Source of the DNA: Acidimicrobiia bacterium | GTDB taxonomy: Bacteria; Actinomycetota; Acidimicrobiia; Spongiisociales; JAENVV01 | Direction of reading: 5' to 3' | DNA: 64,000 nt | Assembly (NCBI GenBank): GCA_041577335.1 | Contig: JBFGJH010000001.1 | Location: 68,221 to 132,220, forward strand | Part shown: piece by piece, positions 57,842 through 64,000 of the stretch | Position numbering within the stretch: position 1 is the stretch's first letter | How the letters are laid out: each line of letters begins with the position of its first letter | Made by a program: the position numbers and the translations under genes | The notes under the pieces: model-generated | Database searches by the model: none | Told to the model about the DNA's origin: nothing | Seen by the model: the letters and a program-made list of their open reading frames with translations, nothing else

Positions 57842-59212
57842 TTAGTGCAGGCTCCGGCCCGCAGAAGCCAGCAGCGTTTCGCCGATCGCCTCGGATAGCG
57901 TGGGATGGGCGTGGATGAAGGCGGCTGCCTCGGCCGGCAGCGCTTCCCACCCGACCGCATACATGAGCTCGTGAATCATCTCTCCGGCGTGAGGCCCAAC
58001 GACGGACGCCCCGATGATGGGACCGTCTTTCTGGTTGACTACTTTGACGAGACCTTGGTTCTGGCCGATGATCTGAGCCCGTCCCACGCCAATCATGGAA
58101 TGAACGTGGACATCCACATCGAGGCCGGCTTCCTTGGCTTTGGCCTCGGTCATGCCCACCTCGGCCATCTCGGGATGGGTGTATACCACCAGAGGTATGG
58201 CCCGGTAGTCCACGGGAGCCGTCTCGCCAGTTGCGATGTGGGTGATGGCCGCAATTGCTTCGGCGAAGCCAGCATGGGCCAGCTGGGGTACGCCGGCGAC
58301 GATGTCGCCAACGGCGTAGATCGTGGGCTCGGCCGTGAGCTGGGTCAAGGGGTCTACGATCACAAAGCCCCGATCGACCTCGATCTTGGATGCTTCGAGG
58401 CCGATGCCATCCGTGAGGGGTGCGCGTCCGACGGCGACCAGCACCACGTCGACCTCGACCTTTTCGTCGCCCAACGGCACCTGAACGCCTTTCTTGCCGA
58501 CCTCTGCGGCACCAACGCTTGCGCTCAGATGGAACTTCACGCCGCGCCGCTTCAATTGCTTCTCCAGTTCGGCGGCTGCTTTGGAGTCAGCACCGGGGAC
58601 GATCTGGTCCAACATCTCGAACACATGGACTTCGGACCCGAGATCGGCCAGAAGCGACGCGAACTCGCACCCGATTGCCCCTGCACCGATGATGCCGACT
58701 CGCTCGGGCCTGGCTTCCCAGTCGAGCGCATGATCAGACGACACGATTCGATCGCCGTCGAAGTCGTAACCCGGGATCGAGCGCGGGACCGATCCGGTGG
58801 CCAGAACGATATGCCGGGCCTCGAGGAGTCGCTCACCTTCGGCTGTGTCTACTGCCACCAGGTTGGGGCTGGCCAATCGGCCGAACCCGTCGACGACGTC
58901 GACCTTGCGGGCCTTGAGCAGCCCTCCCAGGCCGGATACGAGGCCGTCCACGATCTTCTGCTTCCGTTCCAAAGCCGTCGTCCAGTTGAATTCGGGCTTG
59001 CCCACCTCGACACCGAACTCGCCGGCTTTGGCGACCGTTGTGTAGACCTCGGCGGCCTGGAGCCAGGTTTTCGCCGGAATACAACCGCGGAGGAGACACG
59101 TCCCCCCAACGGTGTCCTTCTCGACGAGGGCAACGCGCAATCCGAAGTTGTGCGCATAGAGTGCGGCGGCATAGCCACCGGGGCCGCCTCCCACGATTAC
59201 GACGTCGTACAC
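57842..59212 (-). CDS. lpdA: Dihydrolipoyl dehydrogenase
   Basis: GGGPGGY, GGTCLLRGCIP, GAGAIGCE and HPTLSE. Confidence 0.96.
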   Translation of the reverse strand: MYDVVIVGGGPGGYAAALYAHNFGLRVALVEKDTVGGTCLLRGCIPAKTWLQAAEVYTTVAKAGEFGVEVGKPEFNWTTALERKQKIVDGLVSGLGGLLKARKVDVVDGFGRLASPNLVAVDTAEGERLLEARHIVLATGSVPRSIPGYDFDGDRIVSSDHALDWEARPERVGIIGAGAIGCEFASLLADLGSEVHVFEMLDQIVPGADSKAAAELEKQLKRRGVKFHLSASVGAAEVGKKGVQVPLGDEKVEVDVVLVAVGRAPLTDGIGLEASKIEVDRGFVIVDPLTQLTAEPTIYAVGDIVAGVPQLAHAGFAEAIAAITHIATGETAPVDYRAIPLVVYTHPEMAEVGMTEAKAKEAGLDVDVHVHSMIGVGRAQIIGQNQGLVKVVNQKDGPIIGASVVGPHAGEMIHELMYAVGWEALPAEAAAFIHAHPTLSEAIGETLLASAGRSLH

Positions 59213-59318
59213 GGATCCTCCGTCAGATTATTGAGTGGGTGACAGGCTAGTGCCGCAGCGGTTGGTCCGGGCAGGTCGGATTCTCCAGCGCTACGGCCGG
59301 CGGTAACCTAGCCCCATC

Positions 59319-59408
59319 ATGCAGACCCGCTACCTGCTCCTGTGGTCCATGCTCCTGCTGTTTCTCATCCTCGGAGCCTCGGCCTACAAATTCCTGTTCC
59401 AATTCTGA
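59319..59408 (+). CDS. 29-aa single-TM small protein (MQTRYLLLWSMLLLFLILGASAYKFLFQF)
   Basis: ATG to TGA with GC3-rich codons and one clean hydrophobic helix; below the ORF-track length cut-off. Confidence 0.55.
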   Translation: MQTRYLLLWSMLLLFLILGASAYKFLFQF

Positions 59409-59444
59409 GGAACAACCTTCAGCTGGCTACGGTTCAATTCGACG

Positions 59445-59747
59445 ATGCAGTTTCACGTGACAGACAACGCACTGGATCTCGCCCGCAAACGCGGCGGGGT
59501 CATGGCCGTGGATTTCATCCCACCCATCAGTTGAGGGGGCACCTTGGAGGTGTCGGTCGACACCTATCTGAAGGGGAAAAACCTGGCGGCCTACCAGACG
59601 GTCGAACAAGCCGACGTGACCATCCACATCGCCCCTGCGCTCGTTCAGTGGGCCCGGGAGGCAACCGTTGACACCGTCTCCCGGCTGGGACGGAGACGAT
59701 TCGCCGTGCGGGCCGAGCATCGCCATCAACCCACCTGAAGCCACTGA
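59445..59747 (+). CDS. Putative 100-aa selenoprotein with two Sec (UGA codons 30 and 98); CC/Se-motif or HesB-like N-terminus with an HxHxPxUxH tail
   Basis: Frame MQFHVTDNALDLARKRGGVMAVDFIPPIS-TGA-GGTLEV...HRHQPT-TGA-SH-TGA; each of the first two TGAs is followed by a GGTC-loop hairpin. Confidence 0.75.
59548..59565 (+). promoter_or_regulatory. Bacterial SECIS-like hairpin 1
   Basis: AGGTGTC-GGTC-GACACCT; 20 nt separate the TGA at 59532-59534 from the loop. Confidence 0.7.
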
Positions 59748-59750
59748 CCC

Positions 59751-59764
59751 GAGCCGGTCGGCTC
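59751..59764 (+). promoter_or_regulatory. Bacterial SECIS-like hairpin 2
   Basis: GAGCC-GGTC-GGCTC; 17 nt separate the TGA at 59736-59738 from the loop. Confidence 0.55.
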
Positions 59765-61343
59765 AGCGCACCACCAATGCCTCGCCAGGTGACAGTTCGA
59801 GGAGCGTGTTGCCGGCCAACCGGGCGGGATCACTGCTCACGAGCACCTCGGAGGCTTCCACCCCCGCGACCCTGCGCGCACCGTCGGCATAGTTCACCAT
59901 CACTGTGACCGTCTCAGCGGCCGATTGGCGCTGGAAGACAAACACATCGGGATCAGCTGAATCGACGACGGCGAGGGCACCGATCTGCAATGCCCGAGAC
60001 GTGGATCGCACTGCCAGCAGGCGCCGATACAGAGTCAGCATCGAAGCGGGGTCATCGACCTGGGAATCGACACTGCGGTTCTCCGTGTCGGGTCCCATTG
60101 GCAGCCAGGTGTTGGCCGTGGGCGAGAAGCCGCCGTGCTGGTCCCACTGCATGGGAGTTCGGGCACCATCTCGGCCCAAGCCTGGCACCCTCTTCCCCCA
60201 CGGGTCGACCGCCAACTCGGGCGGAACGTCGGCCTCGAGCATGCCGATTTCGTCGCCGTAGTACATGGTGGGTGTGCCCCTCAATGTGAGAAGGAGGACG
60301 GCAGCCCGTCTGGCCCCGGGGTCGCCGAGCCGAGACGCAACCCGCTGCTCGTCGTGGTTGCCCCAGACGTAGTTGGGCCAGCCGAACTCGGGCGTCACCG
60401 ATTCCACAGCCTCGACAGCGGCGGCGACGCCGTCTCGACTGTCCTCCGCGGCCAGCAAGGCGAAATTGAGCGGCATGCTCAAGCCGTCGCCCGACCCGTA
60501 GTAGCTCGCCCACTTCTGGGGTTCGTACTCGTGGATTTCGCCGACTGTGAGCCGATCTCCGTCGTATTCCTCCATGACTGAGCGGATCGCCCGAAACACG
60601 TCGTGGATGTCTTCGTGGCCCTTGTTGTAGATATGCAGCTGGGTCTCATACTCTCCCAAATCCTTGTACGAGCCTCGGGCGCGGGCATCAGCGGAAGGAT
60701 TCGACCGGAGAGCAGGGTCCTTCATCATGTAGTGGGCGACATCGATGCGGAACCCGTCAACGCCCCGGTCGAGCCAGAAGCGAAGCGTGTCGAGCATCGC
60801 TTCCCTGAGCTGCGGATCACGCCAGTTCAGGTCTGGCTGCTCCTTGAGGAACGAATGGAGGTAGTACTGGCCAGTCGCCGCATCGAACTCCCACGCCGGG
60901 CCGCCGAAGTTGCTCAGCCAGTTGTTGGGAAGGCCTCCGCTGGGCCCGGCATCCTTCCACACATACCAGTCGCGTTTGGGGTTGTCCCGTGAGGCTCGCG
61001 ACTCGACGAACCAGGGATGCTGGTCGGAGCTGTGGTTGGGAACCCAGTCGACGATGAGCTTCAGCCCGGCGTCGTGAAGGGCAGAGCGAAGGCGGTCGAA
61101 GTCATCCAGGGTGCCGTATTGGGGGTCAACGTTCGTGTAGTCGGAGACGTCGTACCCAAGATCCCTCTGCGGTGAGGGGTAAAACGGTGACAGCCACACG
61201 GCGTCAACCCCCAGGGTTTCCGCCAGGTAGGGCACCCGCCGGCGAATTCCCTCCAGGTCACCGATCCCGTTGCCCGTGGTGTCTTGAAAGGACCGCGGAT
61301 AGATCTGATAGATGACGGCCGACTGCCACCAGGCATTTCGCAT
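59763..61343 (-). CDS. GH13 alpha-glucosidase / oligo-1,6-glucosidase-like enzyme
   Basis: YQIYPRSF, DWVPNHSS, QPDLNW, GFRIDVA, GNHD and YYGDEIGM; TAACTT 6 nt before the ATG. Confidence 0.93.
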   Translation of the reverse strand: MRNAWWQSAVIYQIYPRSFQDTTGNGIGDLEGIRRRVPYLAETLGVDAVWLSPFYPSPQRDLGYDVSDYTNVDPQYGTLDDFDRLRSALHDAGLKLIVDWVPNHSSDQHPWFVESRASRDNPKRDWYVWKDAGPSGGLPNNWLSNFGGPAWEFDAATGQYYLHSFLKEQPDLNWRDPQLREAMLDTLRFWLDRGVDGFRIDVAHYMMKDPALRSNPSADARARGSYKDLGEYETQLHIYNKGHEDIHDVFRAIRSVMEEYDGDRLTVGEIHEYEPQKWASYYGSGDGLSMPLNFALLAAEDSRDGVAAAVEAVESVTPEFGWPNYVWGNHDEQRVASRLGDPGARRAAVLLLTLRGTPTMYYGDEIGMLEADVPPELAVDPWGKRVPGLGRDGARTPMQWDQHGGFSPTANTWLPMGPDTENRSVDSQVDDPASMLTLYRRLLAVRSTSRALQIGALAVVDSADPDVFVFQRQSAAETVTVMVNYADGARRVAGVEASEVLVSSDPARLAGNTLLELSPGEALVVR

Positions 61344-61430
61344 CAGGGCAAGTTAGTCATCGCGACGGCGACCGAAGCCAAGTCCGTCGCAGAGCTGCGG
61401 TAGGGTCGTGGCACGAAAGAGGAGCACCGT

Positions 61431-62798
61431 ATCCAACGGGTCGTTGTCGTCGCCAATCGTCTTCCCGTGTCTTGGAACGGGACCAGCTGGGAGACCAGCC
61501 CGGGGGGGCTGGTCCGCGCTCTCGGGCCCGTTCTGCGGCGAACAGAGGGATCCTGGGTCGGTTGGCCGGGCATACCCGACATGGACGTCGAGCCGTTCGA
61601 GCATGAGGGGATCGATCAGCGGCCCGTACGCCTGAGTGAGGCGGAGATCGAAGGGTTCTATTTCGGATTCTGTAACGGAACGCTCTGGCCCCTCTATCAC
61701 GATGCCGTGGTAGCACCCGAGTTTCACCGCCACACGTGGCGACCCTATGTCGAAGTCAACCGCAGCTACACCGAGGCTGCCGCCGCGGCGATGAGTCCCG
61801 GTGACATCGCCTGGATACAGGACTACCAACTTCAGCTCGTGCCCAGCATGCTGCGCGCCTCGCAACCCGACGCCACCATCGGCTTCTATCTCCACATACC
61901 CTTCCCTCCCATCGAGCTGTTCTCCCGGCTGCCGTGGCGCAAAGAGATCGTGGAAGGCCTGCTCGGAGCCGACGTCATTGCCTTTCAGACACGCCGCAGC
62001 GCCGAACACTTCGCCCGAGCCGCCCGCCGCTTCGCCGGGGCCGAGGCAATCGGAAGACGAGACCTTCGATGGAACGGCCGCGAGATCCATCTTCAGCCTG
62101 CTCCGATAGCGATCGATCCCTCCGAGTTCGAGCGGATGGCCCGCTCCCCCGAGGTTCAACAACGAGCCAAGGAGCTCAGAGCGGAACTCGGAGACCCCGA
62201 AACGCTGATCCTCGGCATCGACCGACTGGACTACACCAAAGGCATCGACCTCCGGCTCAAATCGGTGGCCGGGCTACTCGAGGGGGTACCGCGTGACGAG
62301 CGCAAGTACGCGTTCGTGCAGGTGGCAGTTCCCAGCCGAGAACAGGTTCCGGCCTACCAAGAGCTTCGCGAGCAGGTGGAACAGCTGGTCGGGAGGATCA
62401 ACGGCGATTTTGGGACTGCTGGATTCGTTCCCGTTTCGTACTTCTATCGCACCGTGCCCTTCGAGGAGCTCGTCGCCCTCTACGTGGCGGCAGACGTCAT
62501 GCTGGTCACCCCGCTGCGTGACGGCATGAACCTCGTCGCCAAGGAGTACGTGGCGTGCCGGGTCAACGGAGACGGCGTGTTGGTGTTGAGCGAATTCGCC
62601 GGAGCCGCCGAACAGTTGACCGCCGCCGTCATCGTCAATCCGCACGACGTCGATGGTGTCACCACCGTGCTGCGGCATGCGGCTTCCCTGCCCGAGGATG
62701 AGGTCAGAGCCCGGATGAGAAAACTCCAACAGGTCGTCCGGCGGAACGATGTGTTCGAATGGGCCAAGCTGTGTCTGGCCGAGCTCTCGATCCGATGA
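61431..62798 (+). CDS. otsA: Trehalose-6-phosphate synthase (probable ATC start at 61431)
   Basis: [39 protein letters not shown] and [10 protein letters not shown]. Confidence 0.92.
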   Translation: MQRVVVVANRLPVSWNGTSWETSPGGLVRALGPVLRRTEGSWVGWPGIPDMDVEPFEHEGIDQRPVRLSEAEIEGFYFGFCNGTLWPLYHDAVVAPEFHRHTWRPYVEVNRSYTEAAAAAMSPGDIAWIQDYQLQLVPSMLRASQPDATIGFYLHIPFPPIELFSRLPWRKEIVEGLLGADVIAFQTRRSAEHFARAARRFAGAEAIGRRDLRWNGREIHLQPAPIAIDPSEFERMARSPEVQQRAKELRAELGDPETLILGIDRLDYTKGIDLRLKSVAGLLEGVPRDERKYAFVQVAVPSREQVPAYQELREQVEQLVGRINGDFGTAGFVPVSYFYRTVPFEELVALYVAADVMLVTPLRDGMNLVAKEYVACRVNGDGVLVLSEFAGAAEQLTAAVIVNPHDVDGVTTVLRHAASLPEDEVRARMRKLQQVVRRNDVFEWAKLCLAELSIR

Positions 62799-62856
62799 TC
62801 GATGACTGTCTCGCCGCCGCCATTGCAGAGGTGCTGGGGACGATCGCGGCCATCGG

Positions 62857-64000
62857 TCAGTCGTTGCGAGCCTGATTCAGCAAACGGCGAACGCCAAACA
62901 GGGGAACGGCGACCCACGACGGGCGATTCTCCAGCTCCCAGCGCAGCTCTCTGAGCCCGCGAGCCAAGGCATAGGCGCCCAGGAGGAGATCGACGTGGTC
63001 GGCCTCATCAGGGACGAGGGGCGAGCCCGCCATTTCGTCGAGATACGACTCGACATATCGTGCACCGGCGAGCTCCGACCACCAGGCGGCTCGCGCCCAG
63101 GCCGGCTCTTTGCGATCGAGGCCGGCGGATCCCGCCACGTAGTCCAGGGACCGCAACATCTGGGCGACATCGCGCAGCGGCGACGCACGAAGACGGCGCT
63201 CGCCCAGAGGAAGCGTGTGATCGCCGGTGAGGTCCGTGAGCATGAAGTCGCCTTCGGTCGCGATGACGGCGTCGAGTCGAAAGTCACCATGAACCCGGAT
63301 CCTCTGGCCCGTCATGGGTTCGCGCCGGATCAGATCAAGCCGGGCCAGCATCTCGCCTTCAGCTCTCATGACGTCTTCCATGACCTCCTGGACGTCACTG
63401 CTCATTCCGCTGACGACCCGCCCCAGGTACGCCAGCTCGTATCGCACGTTCCCACGGAGGGACTGATAGAGGGACTGTTGATACAGCGTGCTGAACAGCA
63501 GTGGCCGCAATTCTGGATCTTCGCTGAGTGAGCCCAACGACTGGTGGAGCTCGGCAGTGAGTCTGCCTAGTTGACCTACGCGTTCGAGCGTTGGCGCCAA
63601 ACCCTTGACCACCCATGCAGGCGGAGCATGATCGGCAGTGGCCCATCGATTGGCGGTCGGCCACGGCGGCTCGTCTGACTTCGCGGTGGAGCTGAGCCAC
63701 TTGGAACAGAGGCGGTACAGCTCTTCGAAAGCGTCGGAGTCGCTCACCAGGGAACGCTGCAGAACTCCGAAAGTACATGCTTCACCCGACTGATACTCCG
63801 ACGAGCCGAGAACCTCGGAGAGGTTCACAAAACCAGACCTCTCAGTCAAGAAACGCCGCAGCTCTACGTCGGGGTTGATCCCCGGCTCCACCGACCGAAA
63901 TACCTTGACCGTGAGCTCCGAGCCAAAGTCAGCAAATGTCTCTCCTTCGGCGCTCTCACGGACAGAAGCGAGGGTGCCCATCTCATCGAGTGAGCCCACA
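62857..64000 (-). CDS. Maltokinase (Pep2/Mak)-like domain, probably the C-terminus of a TreS-Mak fusion; 5' part is outside the window
   Basis: [37 protein letters not shown] and [12 protein letters not shown]. Confidence 0.75.
   Translation of the reverse strand, partial: VGSLDEMGTLASVRESAEGETFADFGSELTVKVFRSVEPGINPDVELRRFLTERSGFVNLSEVLGSSEYQSGEACTFGVLQRSLVSDSDAFEELYRLCSKWLSSTAKSDEPPWPTANRWATADHAPPAWVVKGLAPTLERVGQLGRLTAELHQSLGSLSEDPELRPLLFSTLYQQSLYQSLRGNVRYELAYLGRVVSGMSSDVQEVMEDVMRAEGEMLARLDLIRREPMTGQRIRVHGDFRLDAVIATEGDFMLTDLTGDHTLPLGERRLRASPLRDVAQMLRSLDYVAGSAGLDRKEPAWARAAWWSELAGARYVESYLDEMAGSPLVPDEADHVDLLLGAYALARGLRELRWELENRPSWVAVPLFGVRRLLNQARND

Noticed and set aside
59544..59738. Stand-alone 64-aa ORF from the track
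   Set aside because: TTG start with no convincing RBS; it is in frame with the upstream ATG segment across a TGA followed by a SECIS-like hairpin, so it is better read as the middle of one recoded gene
1..64000. rRNA, tRNA (including selC), CRISPR arrays, transposases, integrases, prophage or defence genes
   Set aside because: Intergenic gaps are short and none showed these signatures; no such protein motifs were recognised

Overview
High-GC, gene-dense bacterial window. Cys-containing SLH repeats, leaderless TANNNT promoters and the dlaT/lipAB and trehalose genes suggest an actinobacterium, probably Acidimicrobiia; this is inference, not proof. The left arm holds the gltB 5' part, an M23 peptidase, a heterodimeric ABC exporter, YihY, a LON_N protein, a two-component system with a PepSY gene, rhodanese-MoeB, a priming sugar transferase and pepA. 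The centre (about 12.4-49.4 kb) is a large cell-surface glycan locus. It contains glycosyltransferases, a UDP-HexNAc dehydrogenase, three SLH envelope proteins, rmlDABC and wzm. It also contains a wzt fused to a sulfotransferase-fold domain, a cassette of Cj1415-like kinase, FGGY kinase, Fe-ADH, cytidylyltransferase and class II aldolase, a WbdD-like sulfotransferase/coiled-coil protein and a GT2-GT4 enzyme. It ends with tkt and a sat/cysC-SLC13-cysQ PAPS module. The right arm holds a second two-component system, an M24 peptidase, a lipB-lipA fusion, dlaT, lpdA, two small unannotated ORFs, a GH13 glucosidase, otsA and a maltokinase-like domain. Highlights: (1) a hidden 100-aa candidate selenoprotein (59445-59747) with two in-frame UGA codons, each followed by a GGUC-loop SECIS-like hairpin; (2) a probable new glycan-modification and capping system; (3) a shared sigma-28/WhiG-type promoter before four cell-envelope genes; (4) otsA apparently starting at AUC. 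No rRNA, tRNA, CRISPR array or mobile element was seen.
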